64,000 bases of DNA from IMG/VR virus record IMGVR_UViG_3300014039_000012, positions 105,442 through 169,441 of that record; one strand, 5' to 3'. A program made the translations under genes and the position numbers. This DNA is from a virus. Its lineage: Duplodnaviria > Caudoviricetes. The notes below the pieces were generated by a model. It was given only the letters and a program-made list of their open reading frames with translations. It made no database searches and was not told the DNA's origin. Below, one piece after another: positions 22,499-34,811 of this stretch. Positions within the stretch are counted from its first letter, which is position 1. Every line of letters begins with the position of its first letter.

Positions 22499-22766
22499 AA
22501 GGAGAATAGATGGTAGATATTTTTTGGGATGAAATTGTTAAAGAAAAAGAAAAATATATTATAGTAGATGGATGTTGTTATTATGTTTCAAATAAAATAG
22601 TCGGAGGGACAAAGGGGTTTGATGGGAAGCATTTTAAAATCAAAGCACTTGATTCAGAAAAAATCATCGAAACCGATAATCTTCGATTTTGTGGAGTGAT
22701 CCCTTCCGAATATCGCGAGAAACTTCCGAATACTGCTAAATTTATCGTTTGAAAAGAGGGTTTATT

Positions 22767-23051
22767 ATGAAAAAGAGAATAGTTAGGATTGTTGTTTTCG
22801 TTCTGCTAATCATATCTCTGTTTATGTTTGGTGGATGTGCTTCTTGCAATCGTAGTCTAAAAAGTTGTAGTTCTGATATTAGCGGCGGGCTATATCGAAC
22901 TATCAACGTTTATTCGTTGGACGGCAAGCTGCTTGCCACCTATGAAGGGAAAATCGATATTGATGACAACGCGAATGGCTCTGTTATGTTCGATCTTGAT
23001 GGGAAGCGGTATGTTTATTACAACGCAATTGTAGAAATTATTGAAAAGTAG
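22767..23051 (+). CDS. Putative lipoprotein
   Basis: MKKR followed by a hydrophobic stretch and an FGGC lipobox-like sequence. Confidence 0.55.
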   Translation: MKKRIVRIVVFVLLIISLFMFGGCASCNRSLKSCSSDISGGLYRTINVYSLDGKLLATYEGKIDIDDNANGSVMFDLDGKRYVYYNAIVEIIEK

Positions 23052-23903
23052 TTAATAATTTATTAATAATTCAAAGGAGAAATCATTATGTCAAAACTTG
23101 TTATTGCGCAGCAAGCACTCGAAGATGCTTTAAGAGCGGTTGAATCGGAACTCCATATTGTTTGTGATAAAGCTTACGGAGACGATAATTTTGATGAAAA
23201 ATCGTTTGATAGACTTCGCAAAATCCATCGTTACCTTGAAAAATCCATTAAAATCGCAGAAGGGAAGAAGAAAAATGTCAAAAAGTGAAGAATTTCTCCA
23301 AAAAATTATTACTTGTGGCGCTTTCGCACTTGCGGTTCTTGCTTCGGCGTTGCTTTTAATTATTGGTATCAATGTTAAAAATGCGGGAGCTTATATTTCT
23401 GGAGGCGTCGTATTAGGTTCTTGTTTGTGTGTTGGAATTAAATGGATTGTCAAACAATTTAAAGAAATTTAAAAAAATAATTAATAATTTATTAATATTT
23501 TAAAGGAGAAAATAAAATGATTACCAGAGAACAGATTGAAAAGATTATTGAAGAGAGATATTCCGATTATCCGAAGCTTCTCGAGACAACAATTCAGAAG
23601 ATTGATAATAGATTCTTGCTTGGGGCGAGAACTCGTGGAGAAAGAAAGATTGAATATATTGTTAGAAACCCCGGTCCGGTTGCGGATCGTTTGCGTAGAG
23701 ATCTTGCAAATTATTACACTGCTCTCGGGTTTTTTGGAGGACTTGGTGTTGACGCAAATGGCAATATCGTAGTAAGTCTTTCGATCGATTCTCCAACACA
23801 GGCAGTCCATCCAATTTCAACAGATGTTCCCCCAACACCAGGAGATGCCGATGCTCCCGCAGAAGTTCCGGAAGAAAATCAGTAAAATTTCAAAGAAATT
23901 TCC

Positions 23904-23940
23904 AAAAGCCCTTGACAAATAGGGGCTTTTGTGGTATAAT
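23904..23940 (+). promoter_or_regulatory. Sigma-A promoter with -35 at the apex of a hairpin
   Basis: TTGACA 23912-23917 and TATAAT 23935-23940; stem aaaagccct/ggggctttt. Confidence 0.85.
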
Positions 23941-24217
23941 GATATCAGAAGGAAAGAATCCTTCAAAATATTCAAAGGAGAATTGATTATGAAAAAGTTT
24001 TTTAAGAAAGTCTCCAATTTTATTTCGAAGTTTCGTCTGCCGATTTCGACCGTTGCTATCGCAATTGTTGGTGGAATCAGTGGCTTCTTTTTCGACTCCG
24101 TGCTTTTCGGAATCAACCCCGTATTCGCGGCGTCGGCAGAGGCGCTTCTTCTGGCGATGATTTACGTAGCATTGGAGACAAAGGCACCGAAGCTAAACTA
24201 ATTTTAAGGAGTGTGAT

Positions 24218-24859
24218 TTGTTAGTGGAAAATCTAGGCATTGTTATTCCAAAAAGCGTGGAGAATCTTCAGCTTCCGGACCCAGACCTTCTTCATCAGTA
24301 TGAGGACGAGGAAGCGAGAAGAATTTATCTCGAAGGAACAATTGGAACAGAAGACGATCCGATGAATGATAATTCTATCGGAATTGTCAAGAGAATTCTC
24401 CGGTACAACCGCGAGGACAAAGGACTTTCTCTCGAAGAAAGAAAACCAATTATGCTTTATATCGACAGCCCCGGTGGCGACGTAACAGGTGCTCTCGTAT
24501 TATGCCACATTATTATGATGTCAAAAACACCGGTCTATACCGTAAATATGTGTGCTTGCTTCAGTGCTTCGGGAGTTATTCTTGCTTGTGGGCACAAGAG
24601 ATTCGCATTGAAGGGTTCTTCGGTTCTGATTCACAGTGGTTCAACCTATCTTGGCGGAACGCGCGAACAAGCAGATTCAGCAAAGAAGTTCGTCGATAAG
24701 TCGGACAAAAAGTTCAACGATATTCTCTTCAAGAAGACAAAGATTGATCAGAAGACCTATCGTTCGAAAGCTCCGAAAGACTGGTTTCTTGATGATGAAG
24801 AGTGCTTGAAGTACGGGGTTATTGACGAAATTGTTGAAAACATCGACACAATTCTCTAA
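24218..24859 (+). CDS. ClpP-like serine protease
   Basis: IMLYIDSPGGDV, CFSAS (catalytic Ser), LIH, DWFL and YGVIDEI motifs. Confidence 0.88.
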   Translation: MLVENLGIVIPKSVENLQLPDPDLLHQYEDEEARRIYLEGTIGTEDDPMNDNSIGIVKRILRYNREDKGLSLEERKPIMLYIDSPGGDVTGALVLCHIIMMSKTPVYTVNMCACFSASGVILACGHKRFALKGSSVLIHSGSTYLGGTREQADSAKKFVDKSDKKFNDILFKKTKIDQKTYRSKAPKDWFLDDEECLKYGVIDEIVENIDTIL

Positions 24860-24944
24860 TCTTTTGTTCAAAATTACTAAAAAATAAACCACTTGGTTGC
24901 GGAGGGCGGTTCTTCCGCTCTCCGTTTCAGAAAGGACTTCTTAT

Positions 24945-26375
24945 ATGGGAAAGAAATCCAAAAACAAAATTAACATCAAGTTTTGTGGTGGAAATGCGTG
25001 GGACGTAACTGGTTCAATGACATATATCGAAACTCCAAACAGACGAATTTTGTTGGAGTGTGGTTTATGGCAATCGACCGGAAGTACTCTCGAGAACTGG
25101 AAAATCAATTCGAGAAAATTTGATTTTAAACCAAATAAACTTGATTACGTGTTTTCCTGCGACCGCCATATCGACCATACGGGATTGATTCCTCGGCTTT
25201 ATGCTTCTGGAGCAACCTGCCCAATTATTGCTCCTCGCGGATCTAAACCAATCGCAGAAATCTTAATGCGAGATAGCGCAAGAATCATTGCAGGAGATGC
25301 CGCCTCTCTTTCGGAAAAACTTGGACGTGAATATATTCCATTTTACCTTGACTCGGATGTCGATACGGCTCTTGGATATTGGACAGAATACGATGACGAA
25401 ATTGTTACGCTTGATGAATTCGTAAAATTCAGATTCAGCCCTTCTGGACATATTCCTTTTGCGAGACAACTCGAATTATGGATTACGGAAGGAAATGTTA
25501 CAAAAAAGATTGTTTACACTTCCGACCTCGGAAATATTCATCTCTCAAAGCCTTACACAAAACCGTTCAAGTCGGTTTTCGGACAGAGAGCAGATATTGT
25601 TATTGCCGAATCGACTTATGCGCACGAAGAAAAGATCGCCAACAAGAAGATGCGTAAAAAAGATATCGAAAAGCTTCGAATGGTAATTGAACAAACGTGC
25701 GTAGAAAAAGGTCGTAGAATTTTGATTCCGAGTTTCGCACTTGCGAGAACACAGGAAATTGTCACAATCATTTATGATATGTTTGCCAATGAAGAATTTG
25801 ATATCCCGGTATATATCGATTCTCCGATGGCTCAAAAAATCAGTAGTGCTTATTGTGATATTCTCGAAGGTGACGCGCTTGAAAAGTGGAAGTCGGTTCT
25901 TGCTTGGAAAAATCTTCATTTTGTTGGAGATTATATCGAAAGTAGAGAAATTCGCGATTCGGGAAAGCCCTGCATCGTAATTGCCTCTTCTGGATTTATG
26001 GTCGCAGGACGGTCGGTTGCTTGGTGCGCAAGTCTTCTCCCGCACGTCGATGATAGAGTCGTAACAATCGGTTATGCGCCTCCTGGTTCAATGGCTTATA
26101 CAATCAAGCAGGGCGAACAGAAGACGATTTCAGTGGCAGGAAAGCGATATGCCAACCGTTGTCAGATTACCAATCTTGGTAGCTTCTCATCGCATATTCA
26201 GCGTGATTCAATTGTTACTCTTTATGGGAAGATTAACGCAGAAAAGCTTTTCTTGGTTCACGGAGATATGGACGGCAGAATTTCGGTAAAACCAGAAATC
26301 GAAGCCGAACTTTCTAAAAATAATCTTTCTACAAAAGTTGTCATTGTTCAGAAAAATATGGAGGTCGGGCTATAA
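24945..26375 (+). CDS. MBL-fold/beta-CASP ribonuclease-like protein
   Basis: VTGS, ILLECG, DRHIDH (variant HxHxDH), SGHIP, SDLG, ESTY, FSSH and LVHGD motifs. Confidence 0.85.
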   Translation: MGKKSKNKINIKFCGGNAWDVTGSMTYIETPNRRILLECGLWQSTGSTLENWKINSRKFDFKPNKLDYVFSCDRHIDHTGLIPRLYASGATCPIIAPRGSKPIAEILMRDSARIIAGDAASLSEKLGREYIPFYLDSDVDTALGYWTEYDDEIVTLDEFVKFRFSPSGHIPFARQLELWITEGNVTKKIVYTSDLGNIHLSKPYTKPFKSVFGQRADIVIAESTYAHEEKIANKKMRKKDIEKLRMVIEQTCVEKGRRILIPSFALARTQEIVTIIYDMFANEEFDIPVYIDSPMAQKISSAYCDILEGDALEKWKSVLAWKNLHFVGDYIESREIRDSGKPCIVIASSGFMVAGRSVAWCASLLPHVDDRVVTIGYAPPGSMAYTIKQGEQKTISVAGKRYANRCQITNLGSFSSHIQRDSIVTLYGKINAEKLFLVHGDMDGRISVKPEIEAELSKNNLSTKVVIVQKNMEVGL

Positions 26376-28042
26376 TGGGCAGAAGAAAGAAATCAGAAAT
26401 TGAAGCAGAAAACGCTCCGCAATCCAATCTCCTTGTTTGCCCGATTTGCGGGAAAGAATTCAAGCCGACAGAAGATACTTATTGTTGGGTTCGAGAAGGG
26501 CTTTATGAATACAAACAAGTTTGTTCGTGGGCTTGTTTCAAAAAGAGAGTCGACGAAACCCCTGCTAATTATAGCGTAACTGGAAAGGCAAAACCAACGA
26601 AAAAGAATGCGGTAAAAATTGATTTATCAAAAAGCGAAGAAATAACAGAACCGAAAGTGGAAGATATTAACGAAGCAATAGAAGAAACGAATATGGAGGA
26701 AATCGAAAATGCGGAAGTATATGAATGATTATTGTGAAGGAATTGGAAGCTATGAAATTGCTTACGGGGCAAGATATAGTAAGAACGAGAGCCGTCCGTG
26801 TTGTTGTTCGAGATGCGGCAAGGAGATTTCGCAGTTTTCCACCGAACAGAGTTTCATTGATTTTGGCGAGAACTTGTGCGACGATTGTTATATCGACGAA
26901 CTGGCAGTTCTTGGTCTTATGAAACGCCGCAATGGGTAATCTCTAAAAGTGTTGAAATAATCAAAATTTTTTGTATATATTGCACAAAATATATTTTAGT
27001 TAATTAAAGTATATTATATATTATACCGAAAAATTTGATAATAAAAGGGCTCTTTTATTCACACTTTTCGCGGCTTTCTAAATTTTTCTTTCATTATATA
27101 TATTATTATGGATTGAGGTGATTATTTTGGATTCTCTCGCAACAAAAGTTAAACTTACTGATCACGCAAGACAGCGGATTTACGAACGCTTCGGAAATCT
27201 TTCCGACAGAGAGCTTTCAGACCTTGTCAGGAACGCCCGCCTTAAAGGGCAGACGACTGCTACGATGAGTCAAGACCATTACGAGTACGGGCTCTACAAA
27301 CGCATCTTCAGGCGCGAAAGCGGGTCTCGAACAATTCGCCTATACAAAGACGCTTACTTCGTTTTTGTCAGCGGAAGCAAGGCTGGCGGATGCAAATTGT
27401 TGGTAACCGTAATCCTATACGAATCAGATTGGCGGGAGAAACGAACTGCCTCAATCAGTAAATCAAAAGTAAAGAAAGAAGAAGAAATTTCAGATGATTA
27501 ATCAGACAATTCTTAATTCGACATCGACTGATTCTACTCCGTTTTCTAATTCTCCAAAATTCAATAATGGTGAAGAATATTGGTACATTCGCACAAACGA
27601 TACCACAAGTTGCGTAATTGGTTTCGGCAAATTAACCAATCAGATTAACAAGGTTAAAAGTGCGATTAATCTTAAAAGTGCCTACAATTCGCAGTTCGAG
27701 AAGATTTTCGTTTTTGAAAATTCGTTCGAAAAGGTTTATGTCTATTCTCCGAGCCGAGTATTTTCGAATCTCGAAACGCTTATCAAAACCGTTCGAGGAA
27801 ATTATCGAGATATTAGCTTCGCGGTTTCTGCGGTTATAGAAATTCAAAAGAAAGGAGTGAACGTCGCTGGATTTTTCAATTAAAACGTTGCCAGACGGCA
27901 CGAAAGAACTTTATGTTGATGGAGAACTTCGAGCGCGAGGAACACAAGAAGAGATTCTTCCAATAATGCGTCTTTTTACTAACAAAGAAGCAATGGATAA
28001 AGTTTCCGACAAAGAAGAGTAAATTAAATAATGTTTAAAAAC

Positions 28043-28076
28043 AAAAAAAGATCCGATTTTTTCGGGTCTTTTTTTA
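28043..28076 (+). terminator. Intrinsic terminator (bidirectional type)
   Basis: aaaaaagatccga-tttt-tcgggtcttttttt. Confidence 0.75.
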
Positions 28077-28085
28077 AAAAAGGGC

Positions 28086-28114
28086 TTGACAAACGGGGAA
28101 AAATGTGGTATAAT
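28086..28114 (+). promoter_or_regulatory. Sigma-A promoter
   Basis: TTGACA 28086-28091, 17 bp spacer, TGgTATAAT ending 28114. Confidence 0.85.
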
Positions 28115-28145
28115 AGTATCAGAAAACGAAACAGAGGAACAAACA

Positions 28146-29450
28146 ATGATTGTCAAATCTTATATGATTCCCGAAGAAAATATCGGATCTTTTGAAAAGA
28201 AATTCCTTTCCGCCGCACACAAGATTCGGAAAATCAATCCGAAACTCGAACCGACAATGACAAAGAGCGATCATACAATCGTTCTTATGCGCAAAATCGA
28301 ACTTCGTCCTTGCGATTGTCGTTCTGAAGCAATCTTCAAAGAAGTCCCCTACGAAGCTCGCAGAGTCGAGTTGAAGATTCCAGACGAGGTTGTTTTCGCA
28401 GAAAATGATTGGGCTTTCGGCGGGACAATTGAATCGAGCAGTGTTGAAGGCAAGAATTTCGTTAATACCAACCTTTCAGGCAAAGACCTTGGTTATATCG
28501 TTCCCTCTAAATATTTCTCTTCGAATCCCTGTTATTGCGATTATTGCAAGACCAATCGCAAGCGCACAAAGACTTATCTCGTTTTTAATCAAGGCACGGG
28601 GGAGTGGAAACAGCTCGGCAGAGAGTGTTTGAAGCTTTTCGTAACCGGAATTGATGTTGATGCGATCGCAACTTTCGAATCTTTCATCAAAGAAGCGGAA
28701 GATATGGCAAATCCGTCTGACGAGTTCTTCTACGATCGTCGAGCAAGATTCGTAGAAGTTCAGAGAGCGCTGGAACTTGCACAGGCGGCAACGCAAATGT
28801 TTGGGTTTGTGGCAACAAGAGACAACGAAGGAAATCGCAACATCTTTTCGACAAAAAACATCGTTCAAGCGAAGATCTTGAAAGAAATGGGTTGTTCGAG
28901 CGACCTGCTGAACATCGATAGGTCTAACAGAGAGAAAATCGATCTCGCCGTCGCGAAGCTCAACTGCTATTCGGTGTGGGCAGAAGAGCGTATTTCAGAT
29001 GAAGTTGTTGCCCTCCTTAAATCGGTTGAATGCCTTCCGGACGAATCCTACTACAACAATTTGAAGACAATCGCCGCAAATGATTACATTCCGCTCGATA
29101 AACTTGGTCTTCTTGTTTCGATTCCGAAGGCAGTTGCCCGTTATCAGGAAACTCTAAAAATGCAAGAAGAGAAAGAAAGACTTGCAAAATTATCCAATTA
29201 TCTCGGCGAGGTAGGAGAAAAAATTGAAGTTGATTTTGTCTCCGGAAAACAGGTTGCTTGTTGTGAAACACAGTTCGGAATTCTCCACATTTACGAATTC
29301 AAAGACGCGAATGGAAACGTAATTGTTTGGAAGAGTGGCTCTGGAAAAGAGATTCCCGAGAGCGGAAAAATTTCTGGAACAGTAAAAGCGCACGACGAAT
29401 ACAACGGGATTAAACAGACGGTTATTTTGAGAGCAAAAATTACAGCGTAA
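28146..29450 (+). CDS. Hypothetical protein with CxxC motif and probable C-terminal OB-fold
   Basis: CDYCKTNR.R motif; C-terminal GEVGEKI...FKDANGNVIVW...GTVKAH.EYNG.KQT pattern. Confidence 0.55.
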   Translation: MIVKSYMIPEENIGSFEKKFLSAAHKIRKINPKLEPTMTKSDHTIVLMRKIELRPCDCRSEAIFKEVPYEARRVELKIPDEVVFAENDWAFGGTIESSSVEGKNFVNTNLSGKDLGYIVPSKYFSSNPCYCDYCKTNRKRTKTYLVFNQGTGEWKQLGRECLKLFVTGIDVDAIATFESFIKEAEDMANPSDEFFYDRRARFVEVQRALELAQAATQMFGFVATRDNEGNRNIFSTKNIVQAKILKEMGCSSDLLNIDRSNREKIDLAVAKLNCYSVWAEERISDEVVALLKSVECLPDESYYNNLKTIAANDYIPLDKLGLLVSIPKAVARYQETLKMQEEKERLAKLSNYLGEVGEKIEVDFVSGKQVACCETQFGILHIYEFKDANGNVIVWKSGSGKEIPESGKISGTVKAHDEYNGIKQTVILRAKITA

Positions 29451-30665
29451 AAAATGGAGGAAGAAGAAAATGAGAAGTGCTAAAATTAAAGTTGGAGATA
29501 CCGTTAATTATACCAAAAATACAGACTTTGGACCGGGAAAAGTTGTGAAAATTATACAAAAAAGAGTACCAGTTCGCAATCATATCGAGACAGTTGGAAC
29601 TCTTTACGTAGTCGAACTGCCCGAACCGTTTAATGAAGGTCACGATGGCGGATGGTTTCCAATGTGGCCAGATGACCTTGTTTTTGGAGACAAGGGTCGC
29701 GATGGAGGATGTGTTTTGACAACCGAAGAGTTCCTTGAACAGCTTTCGGAGCTTAGCGACGATATGTCGGGAATGTGAGGAGATTATGATTATTGCGTGT
29801 ATTATTGGAGGGTTCGCAATCATTTCGACGGCACTTTTGATTGTTTGTTGTGTTCATTCTGGCAATATTTCTCGGCAAGAAGAAGAAAAAATCAAAGATT
29901 TAGCAAAAGAAGAATTGGATAAAAAATGAATAATTATACACAAAATCTTGCAAAATTGGAGGGAGATTATGAGCAAGAAACAGTATCTCGATATGCCGCT
30001 TAGCAAAACAGGGCGTCTTGGTTTCGATAGAATTTTAGAGATTTACGAAGATGGAGTCATTCAGAAGAGATTTCGTTATAGAAATCCGGACCAGTTTGAA
30101 CTCGTATTAAAATACGAAGACGAAGGATATAGAGAAGCCGCTTCTCATTCGGAAGTGCGCAGAGCAAGAAAAGAACTTTTTCGGCTTTCGCAAAAGGAAC
30201 TTTTCAGACCAGATCAAAAGGAGGATGATGTCATTATGTATTGCCCCAAGTGCGCAAATCCGATGATTACCAAAGGAGAAACAGGTTCTCGAAGATGTTA
30301 TTGTTGCAATTGCGGTTCAATGTTTATCGAGACTTATGATGCCGAAGCAATTCATCAAAGGTCTTGGAAGTTTGTTCAAACAACAGGAAATAATGCCATT
30401 CGTGGTTATCTTGAACTCGAACAGCAAGCCGAAAAAGAAGCAAGAAACAGCATAGAAACGCAGGATTTTATCCCGGATCGCAAAAAGGAATAATTCGGGC
30501 AATTCAAACAATACCTTTCAGAGTCTTATTTTATCTATCTCCGTGGACAATGTTTCAAAGGGTAGTAACTATACCAGAAAACAATTCAAATTTTTCTACA
30601 AGATAAATAACAAAGAAAATCAAGCGCAGAATCGATTCCAAAGCAATTAGAAAGGAAAACACAAA

Positions 30666-31580
30666 ATGGGAACTATTATTAACGGCAAAGAACTTGCCGA
30701 GCGCGAAAACGAACTTACCGCAACAAGAGTTGAAACCCTTGTTAAAAACGGGCACGCGAGACCGAAGCTTGTTGTGATTCAGGCGGGAAATGATCCGGCT
30801 TCTTCGACTTATGTTCGCAACAAGAAAAAAGCTTGCGAGAAAGTCGGTATCTTGTGCGAAGATATTCATATCGATGAAGAAAAAGATCCTGCTCTTACGG
30901 AGATGAGAATTATTGGAGAAATTCAGAAAGCGAACAGAGACGACAATGTCAACGGAATTCTTGTTCAGCTTCCACTTCCAAAGGGGGTTGATGAGGAAAC
31001 CGTCCTTAATTATATCAATATGTTCAAGGACGTCGATGGATTCGGATATTTGAACGCAGGAAAGCTTTTCTCAAAGAAGAATCCCGAGCCTTATGGATTT
31101 ATTCCTTGCACCCCTGCAGGAATTGTTCATATGTTGAATTCGATTTCTGCTCCTAACGGAATTAATTATTCTGGAAAGAATGCAGTTGTTATTGGTCGCT
31201 CCAATATTGTCGGAAAGCCAGTTTCAATTCTTCTTCAGAAGATGAATATGAATGTAACAATGCTTCATTCAAAGACTTCCGAAGAAGATAAACAATTTTA
31301 CTGCCGTCACGCAGACGTGATTGTCGTAGCGACCGGACAGGAAAATACACTTACAGACAGACACTTTTATGGAGACAAGAAGCCGATTATTATCGATGTC
31401 GGGATTCATCGTGGAGAAGATGGGAAACTCCACGGAGATGTCTCAGAAGAGATTAAGGAAAAGTATTCGAGTTATTACAGCCCTTGCCCTGGAGGTTGCG
31501 GTCCTTTAACTGTCTCGATGCTTTTGAAGAATGTTGTTACTTCGGCGGAAAGAAGTTACTTGATTTTTAACAACGATTAA
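30666..31580 (+). CDS. folD: Bifunctional methylene-THF dehydrogenase/cyclohydrolase
   Basis: ASSTYVRNK, GILVQLPLP, KDVDG, PCTP.G, VIGRSNIVGKP, IDVGI and PGG.GPLTV motifs. Confidence 0.96.
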   Translation: MGTIINGKELAERENELTATRVETLVKNGHARPKLVVIQAGNDPASSTYVRNKKKACEKVGILCEDIHIDEEKDPALTEMRIIGEIQKANRDDNVNGILVQLPLPKGVDEETVLNYINMFKDVDGFGYLNAGKLFSKKNPEPYGFIPCTPAGIVHMLNSISAPNGINYSGKNAVVIGRSNIVGKPVSILLQKMNMNVTMLHSKTSEEDKQFYCRHADVIVVATGQENTLTDRHFYGDKKPIIIDVGIHRGEDGKLHGDVSEEIKEKYSSYYSPCPGGCGPLTVSMLLKNVVTSAERSYLIFNND

Positions 31581-31602
31581 AAAGATTAAAGGAGAAAATA
31601 TT

Positions 31603-34600
31603 ATGGAAACCTTATTCAAGCCCGGAGACGAGGTTGTTCTGCGGACAGATCTTTCGGCAGGAATGTTCTATCCGATGTTGGAGAAGAAGGAAATCGACGG
31701 AGAAATCTATTATCTTCCGAGTTCCAATTTGGTAACGACAAAAGCTGCTTCGTGGGAAATTATTGACTGGATTAATAGAATTTCATTTAAAACCACAACC
31801 ATTGGAGATATTAATAAAGATGGCACTTACCGCCTCGATTATTGTGGATGTTATAACAACAGTTGGACGGATAGTATGTTCGATATTGTCGAATCCAAGA
31901 AGCTTCAGGAAAAGAACTCAAAGCTTAAAGAGCTCGATTCTCAGTTTGAGGTTGGAGACGTTGTGTGTCTCGATATTTCAAAGTGCGAGGAGAATCAATC
32001 TTCCGATGTTTATGGAAAATATTTTGGAAAATATTATGTGATTTCCAAAAAATATGTTACAGATCGTTATGTTGGTTATCAGCTAAAAGACGTTGTTTAT
32101 AACAATGACGGACCGGTGATTGAAGGCAGATGTCTTATGAAGGCAGATGAATCCACCGCCAAAACGCTGACAAGAAAGCAGATTACTATTACCTACAACG
32201 AAAAAACGCGGGAAACAATTGCTCGGCTTTATATCGGCTTGGAGATTGCTCTTTCGGCTCATGCGCGGAGACACAAAGACGATAAGAATAGTTTTCTTGA
32301 AGGTGGAGAGCTCGCATTTCAGAGACTGCTGAAGAAAATGGAAGAAAAGGGTTACAGCTATGATTTTGAATAATAAAAATACTGAAAAAGAGTATGTTGT
32401 CGTATATAAATCAGATCGGCATATAAATTTCGTCGTTTTTGTATACGACAAGAATCAAAGAGAATATTTTTGGGTGCGGCAAAGAGATATTTCAGATTTT
32501 CTTAAAGAAGACGATTGTCCTTATAAATTTTCTTTCACAAGTTTCGATGAAGCTCGAAATTTTTTCAACCAAGCCAACCTTGCATTTGTTGACAAATACG
32601 ACATTGTACCTCTTTCTTTAATTTTGGAGGGGAACGAATATGATTACACTATTGTCCATTGCAAAGACACGGGCTTATATCAAATTGTGGATAAATATGA
32701 AAAGGAGGTTGCTTACGGAGATGCCGACAGAATTTTTGCTCTTCTTTCCGCGCTTCCCGGAAAATATGCCTTTTATGATGAACGAACAGGAGAGAGGTCG
32801 AGATAATGCTTAAAATTTATGATCCCATTTATTTACTCCGTTTCCGTTGACGGAGGTTTGTGGAAAAGATTGGAAGACCCGTTCGATACCAACTGGTTCG
32901 TTACGGACAAAGACATTCCGGAAACAGAGCTTTTACTCGACGACACTTCTTTCGATGAGGCTTATGATTATCTTCGCAACAATTATATTTCTGGTGCGAG
33001 AACTTGTAAATCTGCTTTCAAAGGCAAACCACAGATTTCATTATTATATTTCAACGCCTATGACAGAAAATATATTAAAAAGTGCGAAGGGTTTTGGCTT
33101 CGCGCGGAGAACAGACTTCGTGAAAATGTAACGTTGGATTGGATTATGAAACATCTCGAAGCCGATCAAGCAATTCAATATTTAACCGAAAGGGGTATGG
33201 GAATATGTCTGACAAAACAAACAAAGTAACGACTGAATGGGTTTATCGCGTCGTTTTAGACTGGGGAGAACTTGCTTCTCATCGTATTAGTCTTGCCGAT
33301 TCATATATTGGAATTTCATTTTTCGGGACTCCATTAACAAAACTAGGATATGGCAATACCACTGTTTTTCAGTTATATGAGGAAAAAGATGGGAAGAGTG
33401 TTTATACGATGAAAAATCGTCCGCCCGTTGTCGAGATTCCAAACGAAACAATTAAAGCATTGATCCCCATAAAACAAATTGCTTGTATGAATGTTTAAGG
33501 AGGAGATAGAACAATGGAAGAAAAAGTAAACAATGGCGTTTCATCCTCCGAACCAACCGGACTTCTGAAAGAAATTATCGGCGAGATTGATTGTCGTGAC
33601 AAAGTCCGAGAATATCTTGATTCACTGGAGCTCCCCGATCGGTTCTTCGCCTGTATGTTTGGGGAGCTTGTTAAGATTTTCGGCATAACACTTTTCGAGC
33701 CTAACCCATATTATTGTTATGACACCGAAGAACAGGAGAAGTTTGTGGAAGGTGAAGCCACCAATAATCTGCCTTATCCAAAGGATTATTCATATCGCGA
33801 TCAAATAGACACAGAGCTCGCATACGAAGGCGGAACTGGTGGATGGTATAACGCTCTTAAAACAGCCTGCTGGATTCTCGATATGGAGTGGCTGCTTAAT
33901 GCTTATGAACAGTTAAATTGGATGAATTCCGATTATTTTGATGAGTGGGTCGGAGATAAAATTGTTGAATATCTGTTCGATAAAGATAATTATCACGATA
34001 GAGATTACGAAATCTCTCTGAAAAAGAAAGGAATTCTATAATGGGAAAGAATAAATTCAAGCCGTCAGAAGTCTTTATGAAGGCATATAATCGTACTCTT
34101 GAAAAGGCAGTAAATTCTTTATATTATGAAAGTGATTTTCGCTGTCAATCGTTCTATCCAATTGAGTATTCATTGAATTGTAAAGAATGCCCGTTCCAAC
34201 GTTTCTCTGATTATTGCAATGATCCAAATTTTGAAAACGGAGCGGGTTACAAGCGTACTTTTGAGCAATGGCAGGATTGGTTTTATAAACTTACAGGAAA
34301 GAAAGACAATCGTCCAAAGGAGATGTTTATGAAAAAGAACGAACGGACAAAAGAACCCACAAAACAGACAGAACAAACCAAAAGGGAAACTCAAATCAAT
34401 GAAGGCAATATTGAAAAAGTAACTTACCATGAACCAAAAGAAATTGCTGGAAATTACTTCCTCGGAAATATCGCAGACGTGGCACAGACCAATTTCAAGA
34501 TATTTACAAAAGAACTTGAAGCAAAATCAAAGGCTAAATATGAAGTCGAATATACGGCTCTCGATTCTAACAAACCTCGAACAAGATATGCTCGAAAAGT

Positions 34601-34811
34601 CGTAGATCTCCTTTTCCTTATCAAGCAGTGGAACGATGAAGTAATTAAGTGGAACCTTATCGCCAATCAAGACGTCTCTAAAATTCCTCCAGACTTCAAA
34701 GATATCTATATTAAGGTCTACATTAATGATTGCGATCTTATTTTCCAAGATGAATATACTCTCAAATCAAAGGGTCTAAAATTGGGTTGGACAAGAGAAT
34801 CGAAAGACTAA
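31603..34811 (+). other. Run of co-oriented hypothetical phage genes (31603, 32360, 32819, ~33196, 33514, 34041)
   Basis: Abutting ORFs with SDs; no recognisable motifs. Confidence 0.6.

Noticed and set aside
501-34748. Many minus-strand ORFs under + strand genes (and + strand ORFs under minus genes after 45 kb)
   Set aside because: Antisense shadows of real genes, without SDs or motifs.
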